From an uncultured delta proteobacterium (GTDB taxonomy: Bacteria > Myxococcota > Myxococcia > Myxococcales > Myxococcaceae): DNA of 64,000 nt. The stretch spans positions 864,001 through 928,000 of the forward strand of contig CAVQKE010000004.1 in assembly GCA_963713045.1 (NCBI GenBank). Direction: 5' to 3'. The position numbers and the translations under genes are program-made. Shown here in pieces: positions 53,775-62,204 of this stretch (its first letter is position 1; every line of letters begins with the position of its first letter). The notes under the pieces are model-generated. The model did not search any database, had not been told where the DNA came from, and saw only the letters and a list, made by a program, of their open reading frames with translations.

Positions 53775-55055
53775 TTAGGCGGTTTTCTTTTCCTTCTCCA
53801 TCACCAGCTGCGGCGGTTCACGCCGGGTGACCACCTCGGCCGTGATGCGGCACTCGCGGACACCCTCTCGGTACGGGACGTCGTACATGATGTCCAGCAT
53901 CGCGTCTTCCATGATGGCGCGAAGGCCGCGGGCTCCGGAATTTCGACGCATCGCCTCGCGCGCAATGGCCCGCAGGGACTCTTTGGTGAAGCTGAGCTTC
54001 ACCTTCTCCATTTCGAACATCTTCTGGTACTGCTTCACCAGAGCATTCTTTGGCTGCGTGAGGATGGTCACCAGGTCGTCCTCGCGCAAATCATTGAGGG
54101 TGGCGACCACCGGCAACCGACCGACGAACTCCGGAATCATCCCGAACTTCATCAAGTCCTCAGGCTCGACCAAGCGCAGCAACTCTCCGACGCTGCGGTC
54201 GTCCTTGTGGGCGATTTTGGCCCCGAACCCCAGGCCCTTTTCCCCCACCCGACGCCGGATGATGGCGTCAATGCCGTGGAAGGCACCGCCGCAGATGAAG
54301 AGGACGTTGGTGGTGTCGACCTGGACGTATTCCTGCTGGTTGTACTTCTTGCCCCCGCGAGGCGTGACGTTGGCTCGGGTGCCCTCGATGATTTTGAGCA
54401 GCGCCTGCTGAACGCCCTCGCCGCCGACATCTCGGGTGACCGAGGGGGTGTCCCCTTTCCGGGCGATTTTGTCGATTTCGTCGATGTAGACAATGCCCCG
54501 CGCCGCCTTCTCCACGTCGTAGTCGGCGTTGTGGAGGAGGTTTTGGATGATGTTCTCCACGTCCTCGCCGACGTAGCCAGCCTCGGTGAGGCTGGTGGCA
54601 TCGGCGATGGTAAACGGGACGTTGAGGAAGCGGGCCAAACTTTGGGCCAGGAGCGTCTTGCCACTGCCGGTCGGTCCGACCAGCAGGATGTTGCTCTTGC
54701 TCAGTTCGACGTCCTCGTGCCCGCTTGGCTTCACTCCTGGACGCGGACGCGACGGCGGACGCTTTTGGTAGATGCGCTTGTAGTGGTTGTAGACCGCGAC
54801 GGCGAGGACCTTCTTGGCGTGGTCTTGACCGACCACGTAGTCGTCGAGGAAGGACTTAATCTCGGTCGGCGTCGGCAGCGAGATTTGGGGCTTGCCGGCC
54901 TCGCGGTCATTCTCCTCGGCGATGATGTCGTTGCACAGCTTGATGCACTCGTCGCAGATGTAGACCGTGGGCCCGGCGATGAGCTTCCGCACCTCGCGCT
55001 GCGATTTTCCGCAGAACGAGCAGGACAGGTTGACTGTGTGCTCCTTCGCCTTCAC
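53775..55055 (-). CDS. clpX: ATP-dependent Clp protease ATP-binding subunit ClpX
   Basis: CSFCGK...ICDEC zinc domain, [31 protein letters not shown] loop, SGARGLR. Confidence 0.97.
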   Translation of the reverse strand: MKAKEHTVNLSCSFCGKSQREVRKLIAGPTVYICDECIKLCNDIIAEENDREAGKPQISLPTPTEIKSFLDDYVVGQDHAKKVLAVAVYNHYKRIYQKRPPSRPRPGVKPSGHEDVELSKSNILLVGPTGSGKTLLAQSLARFLNVPFTIADATSLTEAGYVGEDVENIIQNLLHNADYDVEKAARGIVYIDEIDKIARKGDTPSVTRDVGGEGVQQALLKIIEGTRANVTPRGGKKYNQQEYVQVDTTNVLFICGGAFHGIDAIIRRRVGEKGLGFGAKIAHKDDRSVGELLRLVEPEDLMKFGMIPEFVGRLPVVATLNDLREDDLVTILTQPKNALVKQYQKMFEMEKVKLSFTKESLRAIAREAMRRNSGARGLRAIMEDAMLDIMYDVPYREGVRECRITAEVVTRREPPQLVMEKEKKTA

Positions 55056-55259
55056 CGACCGACCTCCAATGCAGAGCTAACCGCGACTCTCTGCTTCCGA
55101 CAACCCTAGTACAGCCCGGGCCGCTGCCAGCCCCGGGGGCGACGCAATTCCGACTATATGCGGCTTGACCGGCCCGTCGACCCTTTGCTGTCAGACAACG
55201 GGTCCCCCTCCCGGGCGTCGGGTTTTCAGAAGGGCACCCCCCACCCTGAGGGGCGCGAC

Positions 55260-55847
55260 TCAGCGCGTCTTCACCAGCGACTCGAGCTCGTCCGCCAGAG
55301 CGGCGGCAGTCCGCTTCACCGCCGCCGGCACTTGGCCATTCGCCCGGAGCTCGGTCGCCAACCGACGGGCGCTGCGGGCGAAGTGTACCAGCTGGGCGCG
55401 CGCGTCCGGCACTGCCTCCGGCGCCGGAAAGCGCTGGTGGAGCTCGCGGCGAAGCTCGGCTGGCGTCCGGCCCGGGTCCCAAATGGTGTCCCGGACGCGC
55501 GCATAGTCCCGCTCTGAGAGTTGGCCGCGCTCCTCGGCGTCGGCCAGGACGGTGACCACTTCAAACGGCGGAGCCCGTTCGACCGCCTCCGCCGACTCCC
55601 GTTCGTGCCGGTGGAGGAAGCCGTAGCTGCGCAGGAGCTTCTCGGCCGTCGCCCGCCGGATGTGCAGCTCGCCCGTGCAGTAAGCGTCGAAGGAAGCGAA
55701 TCCCCAGTCCTGCCAGGCGTCGGCGGCACGCACTTGTGCCAGCGCCCGCCCAAGCTCGAACCAGGAGGACTTGAAACGTCGAGCCGCGGCCGCCACCGTC
55801 GCGCGCAGCCCGGCTGCGTCCTCAGACGCCGTCGCCACGCCGCTCAT
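55260..55847 (-). CDS. Hypothetical helical protein, possibly DNA-binding
   Basis: ATGA overlap with the upstream gene; FKSSWFELGRAL...WGFASFDAYC..ELHIRRATAEKL motif. Confidence 0.72.
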   Translation of the reverse strand: MSGVATASEDAAGLRATVAAAARRFKSSWFELGRALAQVRAADAWQDWGFASFDAYCTGELHIRRATAEKLLRSYGFLHRHERESAEAVERAPPFEVVTVLADAEERGQLSERDYARVRDTIWDPGRTPAELRRELHQRFPAPEAVPDARAQLVHFARSARRLATELRANGQVPAAVKRTAAALADELESLVKTR

Positions 55848-56725
55848 CCAGTCCGACCGACGGTGAAGGACAGGCCGACGTTGGCCCGTTCCCCTTCGTA
55901 GGGGCGAAAGGGCCACTTCTGAAGCTCTCGCAAAAGGCAATCCGGCAGCGGCCCGTCCTGGTATTGCGCGTGGTCCACCCACACCTTGGTGACGTGCCCG
56001 TCGTTGCCAATGGTGAACTCGACTGGAATGCGCGCACTCAAGCCCGGAGCCCGCCGGGCTTCCTCGGCGAAACAGGGGTAAAGCGCCCGCTGCTTCTGCG
56101 CGACCACCGCCATGATGGCCGCCCGGTCGAATTGCGGTGCGGTGGCCAGTCCGTCAGCGTCGGCTTCGCTCGGCTGCCCAGGAAGGCGGGCGCCTGCGCG
56201 GCCCAGACCGCTGCCGCCGGGCCGGAGGCCACGGCCAGAAGTCGGCGCGCGGTCGAGGGGATAGGCCACCAAATCCTCGTCCCTTCTCCGGGCGCGGGCC
56301 AGGGTGATGGTGGGCGCCTCGACGGAGATGGTGGGCTCGCCGCTCTCCTTCCGCCAGGGGTTGTGCACCGCCAGGTAGCGAGCTCCGGCCCCAGCCACAC
56401 CGGCGCCGACCACCGCCAGGCCGACGACCATCGCCACCCGCACGTTGCGGACCCGGCGCGCTCGCTCGCGGACCCGCCGGTCCATGGCGTCCACGCGCCA
56501 CTTGGCCTGCGCCTTGGCCAGCGCAAGGCGCAGGGCCTCCGTCTCCGAGACACGCTGGAAGTGGTGGGCCCCCACCAACGTCACCTCGGTTTGCCCATCG
56601 AGGGCTCCGTCGTACAGCCGCCTCACCAACTCGGCGCCACTCACCGGGCCCAACACCAGGCCTCCCTGTCGGTAAAGCCACTCACCGCCGAGCGGCGGGT
56701 CCACTGCCTTGGAAGGTAAACTCAT
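55844..56725 (-). CDS. GYF_2-domain bitopic protein with TonB-C-like (AgmX/PglI) C-terminus
   Basis: WLYRQGGLVLGPVS (GYF_2-like), one TM helix, LYPCF...VEFTIGNDG.V...CLLRELQKWPF. Confidence 0.78.
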   Translation of the reverse strand: MSLPSKAVDPPLGGEWLYRQGGLVLGPVSGAELVRRLYDGALDGQTEVTLVGAHHFQRVSETEALRLALAKAQAKWRVDAMDRRVRERARRVRNVRVAMVVGLAVVGAGVAGAGARYLAVHNPWRKESGEPTISVEAPTITLARARRRDEDLVAYPLDRAPTSGRGLRPGGSGLGRAGARLPGQPSEADADGLATAPQFDRAAIMAVVAQKQRALYPCFAEEARRAPGLSARIPVEFTIGNDGHVTKVWVDHAQYQDGPLPDCLLRELQKWPFRPYEGERANVGLSFTVGRTG

Positions 56726-56832
56726 GGGGAGAGGGCGAGGGCTTGCTATTGTAGGGCCCCTCGGCCGCAGCGGGGAACGTCTCTGCTTCCTGCCAGGCTG
56801 GCCGCGGTGTCTGTCCTCCGCGAGGCACTGCT

Positions 56833-57651
56833 TTGCCGTCCTCCCAGCGCGCGGCGCTTTGGCTGTGGTACCGCGGCACGCACTTTCGCGGCTGGCAGCG
56901 CCAGGCGCAGGGCCCCACCGTACAAGAGGCGGTGGGCGCACAGCTGAAGGCAGCCGGCGTTGCCGGCGGCCTGGCCGCTGCCGGGCGCACCGACCGCGGC
57001 GTGCACGCCCGGCAGCAGGTGGCAAGCGTCCGCGTCCCAGCGGACGTCCAGCTTCAAGCCTTAGGCAACGGCCTCGTCGCTGCGGACTGGGGCTGCGCCG
57101 CCATCGCGGCCGCCCCAGCAGGCTTTCACGCGCAGTGGACGCCAAGTCGCAAGGAATACCGTTACCGCTTGTCGTCCGGGCCGCCGCCGCCGGGCTGGGA
57201 CGCCTACAGCTGGAACCTCGGCGGCGACTCCCGCCTCACGGGCGCGCCCGTCCATCCAACGTCGCTGGGCGAGGTGCTGGCGGCCGCGGTGGGCACGCGG
57301 GACTTCGCCGCCTTCCACGCTGCGTCCAGCCTCCGTCGGCTGCGCACGTTGAGTGGCGTCGAGTTACGGCCAGTCGCCCAGGCACCCGGGTTGTGGGAGT
57401 TGCGGGTGCACGGCGCCGGCTTTGGCCGCTACCAGGTGCGCGGCTTGGTAGGCGCAGCGGCCCTGGTCGCCTCCGGACAACTGTCGCCGCGCAGCTGGCG
57501 CGAGGCCCTCGCCGAGGCGACGCCCTTCCGAGGCATGCTTGCGCCTGCCCAAGGGCTCATCCTCTGGGCGGTGGACTACACCGGCCAGGGGCCGTTCGAC
57601 GCCCCCTTCCCGGCTCGACTGCCGACGGGGCCGCCCTTCGAGACGCCCTAG
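56833..57651 (+). CDS. truA: tRNA pseudouridine synthase, TruA family
   Basis: YRGTHFRGWQRQ, PTVQ, AGRTDRGVHA (catalytic Asp), GTRDFAAF, APAQGL. Confidence 0.85.
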   Translation: MPSSQRAALWLWYRGTHFRGWQRQAQGPTVQEAVGAQLKAAGVAGGLAAAGRTDRGVHARQQVASVRVPADVQLQALGNGLVAADWGCAAIAAAPAGFHAQWTPSRKEYRYRLSSGPPPPGWDAYSWNLGGDSRLTGAPVHPTSLGEVLAAAVGTRDFAAFHAASSLRRLRTLSGVELRPVAQAPGLWELRVHGAGFGRYQVRGLVGAAALVASGQLSPRSWREALAEATPFRGMLAPAQGLILWAVDYTGQGPFDAPFPARLPTGPPFETP

Positions 57652-57836
57652 TGGTGCTGCTCGCCCAGCGCGGGCAACTCGCTGGGCACCGCGTACTTGG
57701 TGAGGAGGTCTGAAATGGCCTCGCGCAAGTATTCGCTCTGGCGGATGCGGGAGGTGCGTGAGAGGGCCTTGAGGGCCTCCAGACGGTCCTTCGTCAGCCG
57801 AAACACCACAGACGTCAGTCGAGATTGTGTGGGCAT
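57648..57836 (-). CDS. Ribbon-helix-helix DNA-binding protein
   Basis: Beta strand TSVVFRL followed by two helices, LEALKALSRTS and QSEYLREAISDLLTKY. Confidence 0.82.
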   Translation of the reverse strand: MPTQSRLTSVVFRLTKDRLEALKALSRTSRIRQSEYLREAISDLLTKYAVPSELPALGEQHH

Positions 57837-57868
57837 GTATGTTTTACCCTACCTTTGCCCACAAAATC
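57823..57868. repeat. 13-bp inverted repeat (1 mismatch) bracketing the RHH translation start
   Basis: GATTGTGTGGGCA at 57823-57835 and TGCCCACAAAATC at 57856-57868. Confidence 0.7.
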
Positions 57869-57894
57869 GCACAAAGTTGGCTGCCGTCAACCTT

Positions 57895-58428
57895 TCATTC
57901 AAGGATGTAGGTGCGGAATTGGAAGCCGGCGAGGGCGGACACGCCGTAGCGAATCCCCTGCCCCGCCGTCACCTGGGCTGCCACTTGGACGAAGGCCCCG
58001 GCCACCTGGGAGAAGTCCCACTGCACGCCGAAGCCCAGCTGCGGGCCAATGCTGACTGCCGGCGTCACGTGCAGGACGCCCTCCACCGTCACGAAGGTTT
58101 TCCAGGCCTCTTCGCCAAAATAGGCGCGTAGCCCGCCAGACAGTTCCACCGTGACGCGGGGACTCCCGAAGGCGGTGACGACCGCCAGCGTCCATTCGTT
58201 GCCCTGCGCCCCCAAGGGGAAGGTCACTTCGGCCTGCACCAGGGGCGCGCTTCCAGACTCCGAGACGCCAGACTCAAGCACCGTCTCCTGCAGCGCGACT
58301 CCCGAGCCGAGGATGAAGCCCAGCGCGCCGCGGTGGTCGAGCCGCGGTACATCCTCCTGCGCCGCCGCCGGGACGGCCAGGCCGAGGCCGAAAACCACCA
58401 CCAGGGCCCGGAGGCCCGGCCGCCTCAG
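57895..58428 (-). CDS. Exported protein, probable small outer-membrane beta-barrel; start uncertain
   Basis: Signal peptide RRPGLRALVVVFGLGLAVPAAA|QED; alternating beta strands (LGFGVQWDF, AGFQFRTY). Confidence 0.6.
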   Translation of the reverse strand: MRRPGLRALVVVFGLGLAVPAAAQEDVPRLDHRGALGFILGSGVALQETVLESGVSESGSAPLVQAEVTFPLGAQGNEWTLAVVTAFGSPRVTVELSGGLRAYFGEEAWKTFVTVEGVLHVTPAVSIGPQLGFGVQWDFSQVAGAFVQVAAQVTAGQGIRYGVSALAGFQFRTYILE

Positions 58429-59294
58429 GACGCGCCCGGCCGAATGCCCGCCGCCTCGTTGAGCCGGCCGGAGCGGAACGGCTCGAGGTCCAGAGCAACG
58501 TATTTGAAGCCGTGCCTCAGAAGGGCTCGATTCACTTGCTCGCGAAAGGCAGCGTCGGTGAAGCGGGCCAGCTCCTCGGCGGCAACCTCCAGGCGCGCCA
58601 CCTCTCCGTGGTAGCGCACCCGGAAGGTGCGGAGTCCGAGTGCCCGGAGCTCCGACTCGGCCGACCCGACCTGGGACAGCCGCTCCTCGGTCACCGCGGT
58701 GCCGTAGGGAATGCGCGAGGCCAGACACGGCATGGCTGGCTTGTCCCAGGTGGGGAGCCCAGCCGCCCGACTGAGCGCGCGAATCTCATCCTTGGTGAGC
58801 CCGGCCTCGGCCAGGGGGGAGTGGACCTGGGCTTCCTCGGCCGCACGGTGGCCGGGACGGTGGTCCAGCCTGTCATCGGCGTTAAAGCCGTCCACCACGG
58901 CCGCGAGACCCAGCTCGGACCGGGTGCGTTCACACAGCGCGTAGAGTTCGGACTTGCAAAAGTAGCAGCGGTCCGTGGGGTTGCGCCGGTAGGACGGGTT
59001 TTCCAGCTCCGCCGAGTCGACCAGGATGTGCCGGGCGTGCAGCAGCTGCGCCAGGCGCACCGCCTCCCGGCGCTCTTCGGGAGCCACGCTGGCGGAAATG
59101 GCGGTGAGCGCCACCGCCCGTTGGCCAAGCACTTCCACCGCCACCTGGAGAAGAAACGTGGAATCCACGCCTCCCGAGAATGCCACCAGCGCTGAGCCCA
59201 GCTCTCTCAACGCGGCCCGCATCCGCGCCAACTTCGACGCCGCAGCGGCTTCCAGCCCCTGCAAACGCTCGGGCGCAAGCACGGTGGAAGCCAT
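58425..59294 (-). CDS. larE: LarE-family PP-loop sulfur transferase
   Basis: VAFSGGVDS PP-loop, RCYFCK, DHRPG, WDKPAMPCLASRIPYG, RVRYH, FRSG. Confidence 0.9.
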   Translation of the reverse strand: MASTVLAPERLQGLEAAAASKLARMRAALRELGSALVAFSGGVDSTFLLQVAVEVLGQRAVALTAISASVAPEERREAVRLAQLLHARHILVDSAELENPSYRRNPTDRCYFCKSELYALCERTRSELGLAAVVDGFNADDRLDHRPGHRAAEEAQVHSPLAEAGLTKDEIRALSRAAGLPTWDKPAMPCLASRIPYGTAVTEERLSQVGSAESELRALGLRTFRVRYHGEVARLEVAAEELARFTDAAFREQVNRALLRHGFKYVALDLEPFRSGRLNEAAGIRPGAS

Positions 59295-59308
59295 CGGCGC
59301 CTCGCCGC

Positions 59309-60001
59309 CTAGCGCTTGCCCTTGCCGGACTTCTTGGCGGGCTTTGTTCGCTTTGCCATCCGTGCGGCACGAGCGGCCGGTCGGCTGCGCGCGCCCTTGC
59401 CGTGGGCCCGCGAGGCGCTCCCGTGGCTGCTCTTGGCTCGCTTGCCGGTGATGACTTTCATGTCTTCCGGGCTGAGGTGTCCGAGGTCAAGCAGCGCCTG
59501 GAAAATGCGCTGCGCGCCGGTTTCCACCGAGTCGACGTCCGAGTGGATGGTCACTTCGGGGGAGACGGGCGGCTCATAGGGCTCGGTGATGCCGATGAAG
59601 TTGGGAATCTCCCCGCCGAGTGCCTTCTTGTACTTCCCGGTGCTGTCCCGGGCGATGAGCTTCTCCGTCGGGCAGTCGACGTACACCTCGAGGTAGCGGC
59701 CAATGAGACGACGGTTCTCCTCCCGCCCAGCTTTGTACGGGCTGACCGACGCCGCCAGCACCGCGACTTGGTTGCGTGAAAGCAGCGCGGCGACGTACCC
59801 CATGCGACGAACGGCCACCGTGCGCTCTTCCTTCGCGTCGGTCGAGCCGCCCCACAGGTCGTCGGCAATGTCATTCTCATCGAGGACTTCCACCAGCCGA
59901 CCCACCTGGCGCAACCGGGCCGCCACGTAGTCCGCGAGCGTTGTCTTCCCGGCTCCCGACATTCCGGTGAGCCACAGAGTGAAACCTTGATTGGGGGCCA
60001 T
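59309..60001 (-). CDS. cysC: Adenylyl-sulfate kinase with basic C-terminal tail
   Basis: GFTLWLTGMSGAGKTT, SVSPY, EVYVDCP, GEIPNFIGITEPYEPP. Confidence 0.88.
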   Translation of the reverse strand: MAPNQGFTLWLTGMSGAGKTTLADYVAARLRQVGRLVEVLDENDIADDLWGGSTDAKEERTVAVRRMGYVAALLSRNQVAVLAASVSPYKAGREENRRLIGRYLEVYVDCPTEKLIARDSTGKYKKALGGEIPNFIGITEPYEPPVSPEVTIHSDVDSVETGAQRIFQALLDLGHLSPEDMKVITGKRAKSSHGSASRAHGKGARSRPAARAARMAKRTKPAKKSGKGKR

Positions 60002-60088
60002 GGAGAGGCAACTCCCGGGGTGGGCGGGGAACTCCGGGCCGTCCGGAGAGCCCGAGTTGGCTCTCTCGACGGCACAAAGAGGGACGCT

Positions 60089-60117
60089 TTACTACACGAA
60101 TTACCGGGGCTTGGCAA
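60089..60117 (-). promoter_or_regulatory. Putative sigma-70-type promoter upstream of cysC
   Basis: Minus strand TTGCCA-17 nt-TAGTAA in an AT-richer intergenic stretch. Confidence 0.4.
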
Positions 60118-60145
60118 TCATAACGCAGAGCGGTAAACCCGGTGC

Positions 60146-61207
60146 TCAGCCCGGGAGCCGCACAGGGACTTCGAGGAATTGGCCCCCCTGCCAGTCCACC
60201 CAGTTGGCGGCCGTCGCCCGGCCTCGGTGGACCGCTACCACCAGATGGGCAGTGCCGGGCAGAAGAGGCTCTCCCCCCGGGGCGGCCTGGGCGCGGTCCT
60301 CCGCCGAGAAAGCCGACGTCCCTTCCGGGTGGCTGTGGACAACGCAGAGCAGCCGTTCCCCGCGGCGGTCCGCCTCCCGAAGCAGGGCCAACCACTCCGA
60401 TGGCTCAAAGAGGAAGGCCGAGCGTGCATCCCGCGGAAAAGCCGCCGGGTCCCTGGCGGCCCAGGCTGCATAGGCATTGGGCAGGGCCTGCCAGCGCGCA
60501 CCGGTGGGGCCCTCCAACACCACGCCGCACCCTTCCTCGGGGTAGCAGGCCTCGAGGTGCCGCACCACCTGCTGGAGGACGGCCGCCGGCAGCGCTGGCC
60601 CGTGCCGGCAACGCGGAGCCAGAAGCATTTCCATCGCCCCGCCAGGACCCACCGAGATGCCGGACAACCCAGGGGCCAGGCCCAGGACCAGGCGCTGGAA
60701 CAGCAATGCCGCCAATGCCCCGGCTTGAAGAGCAGCCGGGCCAGCCGTCGGAGCCTCCATCACCCGCAGCACCTCGCCCAGACAGCCCCCGCATGCCTGG
60801 GCATCGGCGCCCCACAGCACCAAGCACCCGTCCTGTCGGCCCAACGCCACCAGTGGCCGAGGCCCATCGCGGACCTCCGGAAGGGCCACCAAGGTGCCAA
60901 AGGAGGTCGGCTCATGGACGGCATCGGGGTTGAGCTGCGCCATTGCCCGGCGCAGCGTCGGCCCGGCCACCTGGCCGATGTCCTGCGCCTCGATGAGAAA
61001 CCCCTCGTCGCCGCTCGCCAGCAGTCCGGGTGGTCCCTCGACAGGCGTCCCTCCAGCGGCGAGGTACGCCGCGGCAGTCAGCAGCGCAGGCCCCCCACTG
61101 TAGAGGCGTGCTCCCGTGTCGAGGAGCGCCTGTTGGCCGGCGCCTCCCAAACCGCGCAGGAGAATGACCCGCGAGTAGCGCTGAACCTGCTCCTCCCGAA
61201 GCGCCAC
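60146..61207 (-). CDS. Fusion of a degenerate ThiF/MoeB-like domain and a JAB/Mov34 metallopeptidase
   Basis: N-terminal QVQRYSRVILLRGLGGAGQQAL and one CxxC; C-terminal YPEEGCG, VHSHP and FSAED JAMM motif. Confidence 0.82.
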   Translation of the reverse strand: MALREEQVQRYSRVILLRGLGGAGQQALLDTGARLYSGGPALLTAAAYLAAGGTPVEGPPGLLASGDEGFLIEAQDIGQVAGPTLRRAMAQLNPDAVHEPTSFGTLVALPEVRDGPRPLVALGRQDGCLVLWGADAQACGGCLGEVLRVMEAPTAGPAALQAGALAALLFQRLVLGLAPGLSGISVGPGGAMEMLLAPRCRHGPALPAAVLQQVVRHLEACYPEEGCGVVLEGPTGARWQALPNAYAAWAARDPAAFPRDARSAFLFEPSEWLALLREADRRGERLLCVVHSHPEGTSAFSAEDRAQAAPGGEPLLPGTAHLVVAVHRGRATAANWVDWQGGQFLEVPVRLPG

Positions 61208-61211
61208 CGGC

Positions 61212-61451
61212 TTATCCGCCCTTCCTCAGCCACAGCACCGCGGAGCCGTCCGGCTGCGGGACGAGGGACAGGACGGTGTGCCCGTCCTCTTGCGCGCTGG
61301 CCGGGACGTTGCGCCGCGGCTCATCCCCCCGAAGGCGCACCTCCAGCACCTGGCCGACTTGCAGCGACTCGAGGGCAAGCTTGGTGCGCACGTACGTCAT
61401 GGGGCAAACCTCGCTCCGGATGTCCAACACCGCAGCGGGCTCCCCACTCAT
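61212..61451 (-). CDS. tusA: TusA/SirA-family sulfurtransferase
   Basis: LDIRSEVCPMTYVRTKLALE, GQVLEV; ends LRKGG; ATGA overlap with moeB. Confidence 0.88.
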   Translation of the reverse strand: MSGEPAAVLDIRSEVCPMTYVRTKLALESLQVGQVLEVRLRGDEPRRNVPASAQEDGHTVLSLVPQPDGSAVLWLRKGG

Positions 61452-62122
61452 GCTGCCCTCCATTTGGGGCTGCAGCCGGGACAGCCCGGTGCCCGCCGCA
61501 CGCCAAGCACGCGCACCCGGAGTTCCCCGACGCCATCCACCACGTGGAGGCGCGCCTCGCCGGGCGCATCGCTCGCTCCGAGGGCGAGCCTGGCCTGAAG
61601 CGCGCCGGCGACGCCGGCCAGGGCTCCGAGGACGCCCGCCCGGCTGCAGGTGGGCACCTCGTCCTCACCCGGCGCCTCACCGAAGAGACAGCGCAGACAC
61701 GGCCCCCCGGGAGCAATGCGGAAGGCGCGCGCTTCAAACTGCACCACTCCACCAAACACCACCGGCACGCCGGTACGCGACACGGCGTCGGACAGGAAGT
61801 ATTTCGCGGCGATGCTATCCGTGCCGTCGATGGCCACGTCATGTCCGCGCAACAGGCCGGCGACGGTCTCCGGGCGGGCCTCCTCAGGCAGCGCTGTGAC
61901 TTGAAGTGCTGGGAAGCAGGCCGCCAGACGCTCGGCCGCTACAACAGCTTTCAGCCGCCCGACGTCACTCGTCCGGTACCAGGGCTGCCGAGGCAAGTTG
62001 GAGAGCTCCACACGGTCTTTGTCCACCAGCGTCAGCCGAGGCACCCCGGCCTGCGCCAGCGCCAGACTGGCCGGGCAGCCGAGCCCACCGAGTCCGATGA
62101 GGATGGCGTTCTGCGCTGGCAT
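61448..62122 (-). CDS. moeB: HesA/MoeB/ThiF adenylyltransferase (E1-like) lacking the N-terminal RYSR helix
   Basis: IGLGGLG, DKDRVELSNLPRQ, DGTDS, CLRC, TCSRAGV, CPGC. Confidence 0.88.
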   Translation of the reverse strand: MPAQNAILIGLGGLGCPASLALAQAGVPRLTLVDKDRVELSNLPRQPWYRTSDVGRLKAVVAAERLAACFPALQVTALPEEARPETVAGLLRGHDVAIDGTDSIAAKYFLSDAVSRTGVPVVFGGVVQFEARAFRIAPGGPCLRCLFGEAPGEDEVPTCSRAGVLGALAGVAGALQARLALGASDAPGEARLHVVDGVGELRVRVLGVRRAPGCPGCSPKWRAA

Positions 62123-62204
62123 TGCCTAGAGGCCTACCATGCTTGAATTCCGGCACGCTCGGCGAGGCGTCCACCGACCCGGCGAGAGTAAACTGCCAAG
62201 CGGC

